From the IMG/VR virus record IMGVR_UViG_3300048913_000162: a stretch of 38,179 nt of DNA, one strand, 5' to 3'. Shown here one piece after another: positions 30,295 to 38,094 of this stretch. The notes beneath the pieces were generated by a model. That model made no database searches. It saw only the letters and a list, made by a program, of their open reading frames with translations, and was not told the origin of the DNA. A program made the translations under genes and the position numbers. Source of the stretch: a virus. The stretch's first letter is position 1, and the number at the start of each line of letters is the position of its first letter.

Positions 30295-30803
30295 GCAACC
30301 TCACACTCTTTCAGATCGCCGCGGAGTACCGCCACATCACCGATGTCTTGATGGACTCGGGAGCCGACGAACAGACGCTCAAGGACACGCTGGAAGGCGA
30401 ATCCTGGCCACTGGAACTGAAGGCGCAGAATTATGGTTTCGTGATCCGCAACCTGCAGGCGACCGCAGCCAGCATCAAGGAAGCCGAGGAGCAGATGAAG
30501 GCCCGGCGCCAAGCCATCGAGAAGCGCGCGGCCGCGTTGGTCGAACGCCTCAAGACCGGGCTGGAGATCGCAGGCGTGTCGAAGCTGGAGACGCCGCACT
30601 TCGCGCTGACGATCAAGAAGAATCCGCCGAGCGTCGACATCTGGGATGAGCGTCAAATCCCGGCCGAGTTCATGCGCACGCCGGAGCCGCCGCCCCCGCC
30701 GGCGCCTGTTCCCGACAAGGCAGCCATCAAAGAAGCGATCAAGGCCGGCCGTGACGTGCCCGGCGCGATGCTGGCACAAGGAACCCGGCTGGAGATTCGT
30801 TAG
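30291..30803 (+). CDS. Siphovirus Gp157-family protein
   Basis: LFQIAAEYRHITDVLMDSGADEQTLKDTLEG...KAQNYGFVIRNLQA...TPHFALTIKKNPPSVDIWDERQIPAEF is the characteristic Gp157 pattern. ATGA coupling to erf. Confidence 0.75.
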   Translation: MSNLTLFQIAAEYRHITDVLMDSGADEQTLKDTLEGESWPLELKAQNYGFVIRNLQATAASIKEAEEQMKARRQAIEKRAAALVERLKTGLEIAGVSKLETPHFALTIKKNPPSVDIWDERQIPAEFMRTPEPPPPPAPVPDKAAIKEAIKAGRDVPGAMLAQGTRLEIR

Positions 30804-31148
30804 ATGACGACCGAAAGCGAAATCGACATCTTCCGCGTCCTGGACTTCATCCGCGACCACGCATCGAAATACGCGAAGGCCAAGGCGGATCGGGTCCATC
30901 TGGAAGAGTTTCGCAAGTCGAAAAAAGCGCTGCTTATGCGCGATGCCGAGCTCGCCGGACACAAGTCGGCCGTAGCACAGGAGCGCGAAGCCTACGCTCA
31001 TCCGGACTATATCGCCTTGCTGGACGGTCTCAAGGCAGCGGTCGAGCAAGAAGAGTCGCTTCGCTGGCTGATCGTCGCGGCGCAAGCGAAGTTTGAGGCA
31101 TGGCGGACCATCGAAGCCAACCGCCGTATCGAAGCCAAGATCGTATAA
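30804..31148 (+). CDS. Hypothetical protein (114 aa, helical)
   Basis: ATG immediately after the upstream stop. Confidence 0.6.
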   Translation: MTTESEIDIFRVLDFIRDHASKYAKAKADRVHLEEFRKSKKALLMRDAELAGHKSAVAQEREAYAHPDYIALLDGLKAAVEQEESLRWLIVAAQAKFEAWRTIEANRRIEAKIV

Positions 31149-31163
31149 CGAAAGAGAGACAGC

Positions 31164-32171
31164 ATGGACTTTGAATTCGAAATCACGCGCACTGGCCTGT
31201 TGAACGACTTTGTAGCGGCCGGCGCGAAGCTGCTGGGCTATCAGCCCCTCGTCAGCACCGCTGTAGCAATGATCCCGGGCGCGTCTCCGCAGAAATACGC
31301 CATCGCCGGTACGCTCCCAGGCATCCTGCAGATGGCCGGCAAGATGATGGGAGAGGAAGGCAATACGGGCCTCGAAGGGCTGACGCGGTACTACCCGGAA
31401 TGCAGGGGGCAGATGCGGGTATCGTTCACCGGAGACTACGTCAAATTCTCCGACGTCGAGCGTCTTCTCGCCGCTCGTGCTGTAGGAGATGCGGCACAAC
31501 TGGTTGCAGAGGCACGTGCCGTGTTTGATCTGATGCTGGAAGGCTGCAGCCTGCAATGCTTTGGGGACTACCAAAACGGGCTAGGTGAAGAAATCGGCCC
31601 TCGCATGGATGCACTGCACGAAAAGCTTCGCGCATTCGCCTCGTCCGCCACTTGTGCCGCAGCAGAGAAGCCGACCGGCGATCTGACGTATGAGCAGATC
31701 ATGGAGAATTACCGGGAACTCGGCGGGGATACGTGGGGCCAGTCACAGCAAGCAGTAGCGGACGCCTTTCGCAATCACGTTGGCGCAATCGCAACCGACG
31801 ACGCCGCTGGGCCGTACGTCAAATTCCGCTTCCGATCGATGGCTGATGCCGATGCGGCTCTTGAATCGATCATAGCCAGCTTTTCGCTCCCCGCATCGCA
31901 GGAAGGCGCCCATGCAGCGCAGTGGATCAGCGTCGACGAGCGCCTGCCAGAACCGGAAACGGATGTGCTGATCATTCGTATGGGTCAAATCCGCGTCGGC
32001 GCGATCTTCATCGAACATGAGTCGTGGGAAGAAGGCGGCCGTGAAATCCACTACTGGGACGACTCCAACGACGACGGGCAAGGCTGGGACTGGTGCGAGG
32101 TGACGCACTGGATGCCTTTACCGCCAGCGCCGACCCCGGCCTGCGCAGAGAGGAGCGGCGATCATGAGTAA
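31164..32171 (+). CDS. Protein with a C-terminal DUF551 domain
   Basis: WISVDERLPEPETDVLII....WDWCEVTHWMPLPPAP is the DUF551 signature. The N-terminal 250 aa are unknown. Confidence 0.65.
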   Translation: MDFEFEITRTGLLNDFVAAGAKLLGYQPLVSTAVAMIPGASPQKYAIAGTLPGILQMAGKMMGEEGNTGLEGLTRYYPECRGQMRVSFTGDYVKFSDVERLLAARAVGDAAQLVAEARAVFDLMLEGCSLQCFGDYQNGLGEEIGPRMDALHEKLRAFASSATCAAAEKPTGDLTYEQIMENYRELGGDTWGQSQQAVADAFRNHVGAIATDDAAGPYVKFRFRSMADADAALESIIASFSLPASQEGAHAAQWISVDERLPEPETDVLIIRMGQIRVGAIFIEHESWEEGGREIHYWDDSNDDGQGWDWCEVTHWMPLPPAPTPACAERSGDHE

Positions 32172-32517
32172 CGAACTAATTCAGCCGGCGGAAGTGCAGC
32201 GCGATGAAGATGGGCACTGGTGGCATCCGGGCCTGCCGGACTTCGACGAAGGGCAAGACGCCGAGTGGAAGGCATGGTTGCAATCTCAAGGTCTGGAACT
32301 GAGCCAGGACTATCTGGAGTGGGAAGACATCTCCAATCCGGCCTACATCGCGTATTTCGTGGAAGAGTCGTGCAGCTGCGCGCTCTGGAGTCCGGCGCCA
32401 CCAAAGGGTGACGGATGGTTCACGTTGTTGATCACCGATACCGAAGACGGCCCGTGCTGGGTATGGGCGCGACGTACTGAAACCGCAGTCGCAGGAGACG
32501 CGACATGGGCAGGATGA
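32164..32517 (+). CDS. Hypothetical acidic, Trp-rich protein (117 aa)
   Basis: ATG overlapping the upstream gene by 8 nt. Confidence 0.55.
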   Translation: MSNELIQPAEVQRDEDGHWWHPGLPDFDEGQDAEWKAWLQSQGLELSQDYLEWEDISNPAYIAYFVEESCSCALWSPAPPKGDGWFTLLITDTEDGPCWVWARRTETAVAGDATWAG

Positions 32518-32771
32518 TGATCGACAGCTTCTCGTCTGGTTTGGACGACATGAAGCGCAAGGACCAGCGCGATGTGGTTGCCGTGATGCGCAAGCTCGCA
32601 ACCATGAAACGCTTCAGCATCTTCGAAGTCACGGACAACGACACGATTGCGCTGACGATGACCAACATCGTGAAGCGCGGACTGATCGAAACCACTGGCG
32701 GCCAGTATCCGTGGGCCACCTTCAAAATTACCGAGGCCGGACAGCGCCTCATTGACGAGGCAAGCAAATGA
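32505..32771 (+). CDS. Hypothetical protein (88 aa)
   Basis: ATG with AGGAG 8 nt upstream. Confidence 0.55.
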   Translation: MGRMMIDSFSSGLDDMKRKDQRDVVAVMRKLATMKRFSIFEVTDNDTIALTMTNIVKRGLIETTGGQYPWATFKITEAGQRLIDEASK

Positions 32772-33208
32772 ACCAGACCACGAACGCAGGACTCGACATG
32801 GAAAAGCTTCCGCGCTGGATCGACGACCAGAAGGGCAAAGACCCGCTGATGGACGACATGATTGCCTATATTGAAGTCCTGCGCGCTCAGCTTTCCCGCA
32901 GCGCCCAGCAGCCGGCGCAGAGCATCGGCGACGATCCGGAGTTCCGCGAGTTGGTCGAGTTCTGGTCTGGTAAATATCACAGCGCGCTTGCACCTGTCCG
33001 CGCCGGCTACAAAGAAGCCTGGGCCGCCCTCGTGGCCTACATCGACGGTCGCACCGATGGGGCAGCGCCGGAGTCGGCGTCGCCGTCGTGCCGCAACTGT
33101 CTGGACTTCGGCTGGGAGCCGAGTGTCAACGGCGAGCGTCGGCCCTGCGCATTCTGTCAGGGTGCCGCCCCTTCCCCTCGACAAGGAAAGGAGGGAGGCA
33201 ATGACTGA
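32768..33208 (+). CDS. Hypothetical protein (146 aa) with a C-terminal CxxC...CxxC
   Basis: ATGA coupling. SCRNCLDFGW...RRPCAFCQG. Confidence 0.55.
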   Translation: MNQTTNAGLDMEKLPRWIDDQKGKDPLMDDMIAYIEVLRAQLSRSAQQPAQSIGDDPEFRELVEFWSGKYHSALAPVRAGYKEAWAALVAYIDGRTDGAAPESASPSCRNCLDFGWEPSVNGERRPCAFCQGAAPSPRQGKEGGND

Positions 33209-33548
33209 TCGCGAGCTTTTACAGTTGGCGGCGAAAGCGGCGGGGATGATCCCGCGCGACGAATGGGCCTACGACGAGGAATGGGGGCTCAAAGTGTCGG
33301 ACGGGCTACCACCGTACGAGTGGTGGAATCCATTGGCCGATCACGGCGACGCTTTCCGCCTCGCATGCAAGCTTGAGTTGGACGTCATACACCGCGTCGT
33401 CGGCGGCAAGCGCGTCGAGGTGTTGGCTGCTGGCGGGCCGCTGATTCAGGAATTCTACGAGGGCGAGCCGTACGTTGCCGCCCGTCGAGCGATCGTACGT
33501 GCAGCAGCGGAAATTGGCCGCAAGCGCGCTATCAAGGAGGGGGAGTGA
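33201..33548 (+). CDS. Hypothetical protein (115 aa)
   Basis: ATG 33201 is preceded by GGAGGGAGG. The ORF-track start at 32862 overlaps the previous gene. Confidence 0.55.
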   Translation: MTDRELLQLAAKAAGMIPRDEWAYDEEWGLKVSDGLPPYEWWNPLADHGDAFRLACKLELDVIHRVVGGKRVEVLAAGGPLIQEFYEGEPYVAARRAIVRAAAEIGRKRAIKEGE

Positions 33549-33916
33549 TGCGCACGATAGCAATTTACCCGGCAGCCTGGGCCGAGTCCTGCAAGCCGCT
33601 CGCTGGCCAGAAGTACCGCCCGAGCAACGGTGATGAGGGCGAAGTGTTTTTCGACGCGTGGTGCCGCCGTTGTGGCCGCGACAAAGCGATGCGCGAGGAT
33701 GCGCCACTGGAAGACTGCGACGATAACGAACGCTGCGACATTATCGCCGACACCTACGCCTATGCCGTCGATCATCCGAAGTACCCGGGCGCGTGGCAGT
33801 ACGGGCCCGATGGGCAACCGCGCTGCACCGCGTTCGCCGAACCCGACAACCTGACTTACCGGGACGAGCACACGCTCGACCTGTTCGCCACCAAGGAGAC
33901 AGCAAATGGCAACTAG
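33548..33916 (+). CDS. Hypothetical Cys-rich protein (122 aa)
   Basis: ATG after GGAGGGGGAG. WCRRCGRD...CDDNERC...PRC. Confidence 0.55.
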   Translation: MRTIAIYPAAWAESCKPLAGQKYRPSNGDEGEVFFDAWCRRCGRDKAMREDAPLEDCDDNERCDIIADTYAYAVDHPKYPGAWQYGPDGQPRCTAFAEPDNLTYRDEHTLDLFATKETANGN

Positions 33917-34118
33917 AGTCATCGCAATCGAATTCGCGTGGGTTGATCCATGGACCAATGAATGGTGCTGCGGCTGGCGTATGCGATGGGACAAGCGCAA
34001 GGCCGCACGATCGCACTACAGCCGGCAGATCAAGAACATGAAGCGCTGGGCCAAGGAGTTTTGCACAGGCCCGCGCACACCAAAACTGCAACTGAAAATC
34101 ATCCGGAGCGCAGCATGA
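33906..34118 (+). CDS. Hypothetical basic, Trp-rich protein (70 aa)
   Basis: ATG with an AAGGAG RBS. Confidence 0.45.
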   Translation: MATRVIAIEFAWVDPWTNEWCCGWRMRWDKRKAARSHYSRQIKNMKRWAKEFCTGPRTPKLQLKIIRSAA

Positions 34119-34561
34119 CCGTAGACACCGACAATCTGAAGGCGCTGGCACTGGCGGCGACACCGGGCAAATGGCGCAGGGAAGACCGAACCATCTACGT
34201 GCTCGAGCACGACGTATGGCGCAAAGGCGTTGAACAGTTCAGCAACCGCTTCTCGTGCTCAGTAAGCCGGGACGGCTCGCAAATACCGCCAGAGGAGTTG
34301 CTGGCAAACGCGGAATGGATCGCCGCCGCCAACCCCGCTACTGTGCTTGAACTGATCGCAGAGGTCGAGCGGCTGCGGGCGGATGCGGGGCGATATCAAT
34401 GGCTGCGCGACAAGGCGAACGACGAACGGAGCCGGGCACCGATGGTTTTCAACTGCCATCCGGAAGATGTGATCTCGTGGACCGACAGCCTGCATGGCGC
34501 CAAGCTTGACGCAGTGCTGGACGTGTTTATCGACGCAGCTATCGAGAAGGAGAAAGCATGA
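34115..34561 (+). CDS. Ead/Ea22-like protein
   Basis: LKALALAATPGKWRRE and NAEWIAAANPATVLELIAEVERLRAD are the typical Ea22-family pattern. ATGA coupling. Confidence 0.7.
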   Translation: MTVDTDNLKALALAATPGKWRREDRTIYVLEHDVWRKGVEQFSNRFSCSVSRDGSQIPPEELLANAEWIAAANPATVLELIAEVERLRADAGRYQWLRDKANDERSRAPMVFNCHPEDVISWTDSLHGAKLDAVLDVFIDAAIEKEKA

Positions 34562-34929
34562 GCGAGCTACTGGATTGCCCATTTTGCGGCTGCAAAGCGA
34601 CGTTCGTTAAACACTCCGCTGGGGTTCCTGGCACTCAAGGGTTTGATAAGTGGGATGCCGTTGCATGCAAACATTGTCGAGCTACGGTCGGCGCATGTGA
34701 CCGTCGGTTTCGATGCCGCGAGGATGCCGCCGCTGCCTGGAACCGTCGCATGCCTAATTCTAATTCCGCAGAATTCGACGGAATTAGGAGCGCGGCTCCC
34801 GCAGCTGGAACGGAGAAGGATGCGGCCTATGACGTTCTGAAGTCGATTATCCAAGATGGCTATCTGTCAGACACGAATACTGCACGCGGTCACGCAGCCA
34901 TCGCAGCCAAGGAGCCGCCATGTTCTTAA
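34558..34929 (+). CDS. lar: Lar-family restriction-alleviation protein
   Basis: LLDCPFCGCKA......VACKHCRATV...EDAAAAWNRR is the Lar_restr_allev pattern. ATGA coupling. Confidence 0.75.
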   Translation: MSELLDCPFCGCKATFVKHSAGVPGTQGFDKWDAVACKHCRATVGACDRRFRCREDAAAAWNRRMPNSNSAEFDGIRSAAPAAGTEKDAAYDVLKSIIQDGYLSDTNTARGHAAIAAKEPPCS

Positions 34930-35090
34930 TGACCATCTGGCGGCTGATGTGGGAGATGTGGACCGCTGAGTGCACGAGGTGCGGCGGCTATGGCCATACG
35001 TTAAGCCAGTGCCGCTGGCCGGCAGTTACGCAGGGCTGCGGTGGGGATTGCAACCAGGGGCGCAAAGCTTGCACATGCCGGAAGCAATGA
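34920..35090 (+). CDS. Hypothetical 56-aa Cys-rich peptide with a CX2CX4HX4C zinc-knuckle-like motif
   Basis: MFLMTIWRLMWEMWTAECTRCGGYGHTLSQCRWPAVTQGCGGDCNQGRKACTCRKQ. Overlaps the lar end by 10 nt. Below the ORF-track cutoff. Confidence 0.4.
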   Translation: MFLMTIWRLMWEMWTAECTRCGGYGHTLSQCRWPAVTQGCGGDCNQGRKACTCRKQ

Positions 35091-35145
35091 AGCGCCGCGG
35101 CGATAAGCGTGGGTTCTAGAAATCGGAAACGGAATAGGAGGGCGT

Positions 35146-35328
35146 ATGCAAGAGCAGAAAATTCAATCTCGGTACATCACACTGCAGGAGTGGGCCGAAC
35201 TGATGTTCTCGAAGATCCCGCACAGGAATACGCTGCAAAAATGGGTCAACGAAGGGCACATCCAGCCGCAACCAAAGAAGATCGGGCGCGCCTATCAGGT
35301 GAAGCGAGACGCACGGTACGTGGACTAA
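35146..35328 (+). CDS. xis: Excisionase (lambda Xis-like)
   Basis: YITLQEWAELMFSKIPHRNTLQKWVNEGHIQPQPKKIGRAYQVKRDA parallels lambda Xis (LTLQEW...VRRWVRE..I.PPP.K.GREY). Lies directly upstream of int. Confidence 0.8.
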   Translation: MQEQKIQSRYITLQEWAELMFSKIPHRNTLQKWVNEGHIQPQPKKIGRAYQVKRDARYVD

Positions 35329-35329
35329 T

Positions 35330-36430
35330 ATGGGCAGGCAGAGATTAGCGAAAAACCGGGCATTCCCGCCGAATCTGTACCAGAACACGGCGGGATATTT
35401 CTACTATCGCAACCCGCAGACCAAAGAGCAGAAGGGGCTAGGCCGTGAGAAAGCTTTCGCCTTTCAGGAAGCACGGAAGGCAAACGCCGCCCTTGCGACG
35501 AGAGAGCGATCGTCACTCGTCGATTGGGTTCTCGGGCGCAAGGACTACACGTTGGCCGAATGGCTGCCGATATACCGAGAGCTTTGGGAGGCAAAGGAAC
35601 AGAGAGCAGCAAGTACACGATATAACGTGACGAGCCTGTTTAAGAAGCTTGCCGAGTCAGATCTTGCGAAGATGCGCATGCGCCATATTGAGACAATGCA
35701 CGTTTCCAACTATCTGGAATCGTTCGAGAAATCGAGTGGATCTGGCAACGCGCGCAACATGCGGTCGAGGCTGCGCGACGTCTTCCGATGGGCCGAGACG
35801 CAAGGCGTGATCGACGTTGCCAAGAACCCGGTGCCTGCGACGTTCAATGCATCCTACAAGGTGAAGCGCGAACGGCTGAGCCTGGAGCAGTTCTGGGCGA
35901 TCCACGCGCAGGCATCTACGTGGGGGAAGAATGCAATGCTGCTTGCCCTCGTCACCGGCCAGAGGCGTGACGATATCGCCAACATGAAGTTTGCCGATTA
36001 CAGGGATGGCTTCCTTTACGTAGCCCAGGGCAAGTCAGCAGGGAAAACGCGGCTGCAGCTTGATGGGTCGATCATGCTAGCGAAAGTAGGCGTGTCCATT
36101 GGAGACGTAATTGCGGGGTGTCGCGACCTGATCATCAGTCGGTATCTGGTACATCATACCGAGCGCGTGTCGTCGATCAAGCCCGGCGATAAGGTGAGGG
36201 CAAACGGCTTGTCTGATGCGTTCAAGCAGGCGCGCGAGTTGGCGAAAATTGGTGCATCAGAGGGGCGCACGCCACCGTCTTTCCATGAGATCCGAAGCCT
36301 TTCGGAACGGCTCTACCGGGAGGAGTTTGGGGCAGAGTTTGCACAGGCAATTCTCGGACACAAGAGTGCGCAGACGACGGCCAAATATGACGATCTACGT
36401 GGTGAATGGAAGACCGTCAAGGCAAAGTGA
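35330..36430 (+). CDS. int: Tyrosine integrase (lambda Int family, with an N-terminal arm-binding domain)
   Basis: N-terminal NLYQNTAGYFYYRNPQTKEQKGLG. Catalytic region GQRRDDI, SFHEIRSL, ILGHKSAQTTAKYDD (R..HxxR..H..Y). Confidence 0.95.
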   Translation: MGRQRLAKNRAFPPNLYQNTAGYFYYRNPQTKEQKGLGREKAFAFQEARKANAALATRERSSLVDWVLGRKDYTLAEWLPIYRELWEAKEQRAASTRYNVTSLFKKLAESDLAKMRMRHIETMHVSNYLESFEKSSGSGNARNMRSRLRDVFRWAETQGVIDVAKNPVPATFNASYKVKRERLSLEQFWAIHAQASTWGKNAMLLALVTGQRRDDIANMKFADYRDGFLYVAQGKSAGKTRLQLDGSIMLAKVGVSIGDVIAGCRDLIISRYLVHHTERVSSIKPGDKVRANGLSDAFKQARELAKIGASEGRTPPSFHEIRSLSERLYREEFGAEFAQAILGHKSAQTTAKYDDLRGEWKTVKAK

Positions 36431-36657
36431 TTCTGTAATTTTTTAGACGGATTTCTGTAAAAATCACAGATCGCCTTTATATGCGGGCGCTATTCATGGT
36501 GCCGATATTTACACTTGAAACCTAGTTTTAAAGCAAGGTTCCCATAGGAGAATCAACAACTTGGATGATCTATTCCGGTAAGAAAAACGCACAAAAATGC
36601 AGGAAGAGGCCCCTAAGTAAACAACGACTTAGGAGCGTATTTCTGTAATTTTTTGCG
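36431..36657. other. attP region with repeated arm-type sites
   Basis: An AT-rich 227-bp gap between int and the convergent Rz gene. The exact 14-mer TTCTGTAATTTTTT occurs at 36431 and 36641, and TTCTGTAA occurs again at 36453. The core site is not identifiable without the host sequence. Confidence 0.6.
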
Positions 36658-37170
36658 TCACTTCGCGTTCACTGCCCGGCACTCGTCGAAGCGCTCGACG
36701 ACCTCGGCGTATCGTGACACGAGGCTTGCAATTGCTGCTCCGTAGCCGAGAACGTCAGCAGCAGCCTCCGGCACAAGGTCCGGTCCTGCTCCGTCAGTTG
36801 AAGGCGCGCTGGCAGCGGGTCGATTACCGGGCGTGGCGGCGGGTTGTATGGGACTGGCTGGGCAGCGCAGCCGGTCAGTGCCAGCACGCACACGGCGCTG
36901 AGCATCAGCGAGAGCTTGGGCATGTTCTTGGTCCTTTCGTGTGGCTTCGAGGTCGCGTGCGGCATCCTTGGTGCGCTGGTCCGATTCCAGTTTTCGGTAT
37001 GCCGCGGCGTCGCGGTCATGTTGAGCTTTTCCAGCTTCGACGGCAGCGTTGTAGCCAGCCCGATACCGCTCGTTGCCGTAGTGGTGCAGGCCGAACCAGC
37101 CGGCCACAGCCAGGGCCGCAGCGATCACCAGCCCGGTCAGGAAGCGGTCAAGCGTGTCGATGCCTATCAC
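36658..37170 (-). CDS. Rz: Rz-like inner-membrane spanin
   Basis: N-terminal TM (FLTGLVIAAALAVAGWFGL), then a charged coiled-coil periplasmic domain. GTGA coupling to the endolysin. Confidence 0.8.
   Translation of the reverse strand: MIGIDTLDRFLTGLVIAAALAVAGWFGLHHYGNERYRAGYNAAVEAGKAQHDRDAAAYRKLESDQRTKDAARDLEATRKDQEHAQALADAQRRVRAGTDRLRCPASPIQPAATPGNRPAASAPSTDGAGPDLVPEAAADVLGYGAAIASLVSRYAEVVERFDECRAVNAK
36669..36923 (-). CDS. Rz1: Rz1-like outer-membrane lipoprotein spanin, fully embedded in Rz in the +1 frame
   Basis: MPKLSLMLSAVCVLALTGC has a lipobox (LTGC), followed by the Pro-rich AAQPVPYNPPPRPVIDPLP. Confidence 0.8.
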   Translation of the reverse strand: MPKLSLMLSAVCVLALTGCAAQPVPYNPPPRPVIDPLPARLQLTEQDRTLCRRLLLTFSATEQQLQASCHDTPRSSSASTSAGQ

Positions 37171-37622
37171 GATGTCACCTCGGCTGGCATGAACAGCTTG
37201 GCTTCAGCCGCTCGACGACGTACAAGGCCGTCCAGAACCTGGCCGTCAGCACGCACCCAGAGTGCGAACTGTGCGGCGGCGCCGTGGTAGTCGCGCTTGT
37301 TCAGCAGGATCAGCAATGTCGATTCGGCCAACCGGCGCATGCCCAGGTTGTACGTAAAACTTGTCAGCGCGTCGAACTGACCTTGGGTGAGCGGAACCTT
37401 GACCAGCGAAGCCACCGCAGCCCCGGCATCCTCGAGATCCTGCGTGAGCCATATGTCGGCCTGCTCCTGCGAGCATCGGTCCCCTAGCTTGACGTTGCGC
37501 GTGTGGCCTACGCCGATCGTGGGGACGCCTGCCGAATCTAGGTAGGCCTGCAGCCGGCAGCCCTCGAACTGCCGCACGAGTGCCCGGCAGGCTCCGGACG
37601 GCTTCATGTCGGCCGTGTTCAT
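37167..37622 (-). CDS. Endolysin, GH24 (T4/P22-type) lysozyme, soluble (no SAR or signal sequence)
   Basis: VRQFEGCRLQAYLDSAGVPTIGVGHT contains the catalytic E-D-T triad spacing. QFDALTSFTYNLG is also present. Confidence 0.9.
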   Translation of the reverse strand: MNTADMKPSGACRALVRQFEGCRLQAYLDSAGVPTIGVGHTRNVKLGDRCSQEQADIWLTQDLEDAGAAVASLVKVPLTQGQFDALTSFTYNLGMRRLAESTLLILLNKRDYHGAAAQFALWVRADGQVLDGLVRRRAAEAKLFMPAEVTS

Positions 37623-37849
37623 TGAGCCGCCTTCGCAGCCACGCGCGCGCCGTGCACGATGTTGTAGACGACCAGTGCGAGGCCGACAGCGCGGAACACG
37701 TTCGCCGGCAGGTACGGCGCCAGATCGGGCAAGTGATCATGTACGCCAAGGATGATCTGGTCAGCGAACGGGTACAGGGCAAGCAGCGTTGCGTTCAGCC
37801 AGACGGTGAACGATTTGCGCGCGGCGCGGATGTGATCGAGGATGCTCAT
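37619..37849 (-). CDS. Two-TM lysis-cassette membrane protein (holin or antiholin)
   Basis: 76 aa: FTVWLNATLLALYPFADQIIL and FRAVGLALVVYNIV. ATGA coupling on both sides. Confidence 0.6.
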   Translation of the reverse strand: MSILDHIRAARKSFTVWLNATLLALYPFADQIILGVHDHLPDLAPYLPANVFRAVGLALVVYNIVHGARVAAKAAQ

Positions 37850-38094
37850 ACGGTCTCCTTGCTTTCCTGCGAACGTTCACGCCACGCTTTTTCGAGTCGG
37901 ATCAGCTGGATGCCAAAGATAACGAGGCCCGTGACGATACCAATGCCAAGTGAGATTAGCGATAGCAGCCCATGAACGATGTCGAGCCACACGAGCGATC
38001 CCATCGAGATGTTTCCTGCAGCGACCGCAGCCGCGACTGTGGGATTACTCGCCGCGGCCTCAATCGCGGATTTGACGTTTTCGGTTTCTTGCAT
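37846..38094 (-). CDS. Holin-like membrane protein with a charged C-terminal tail
   Basis: 82 aa from ATG 38094 with a GAAAG RBS. LLSLISLGIGIVTGLVIFGIQLI is followed by RLEKAWRERSQESKETV. The ORF-track start at 38133 would overlap the upstream gene. Confidence 0.6.
   Translation of the reverse strand: MQETENVKSAIEAAASNPTVAAAVAAGNISMGSLVWLDIVHGLLSLISLGIGIVTGLVIFGIQLIRLEKAWRERSQESKETV

Noticed and set aside
36455-36469. CTGT-N7-ACAG in attP, and CTGT-N5-ACAG at 2841..2853, as possible extra LexA boxes.
   Set aside because: LexA boxes of this class need an 8-nt spacer, and the flanking TA..TA arms are absent. The site at 36455 is better explained as an Int arm-type site.
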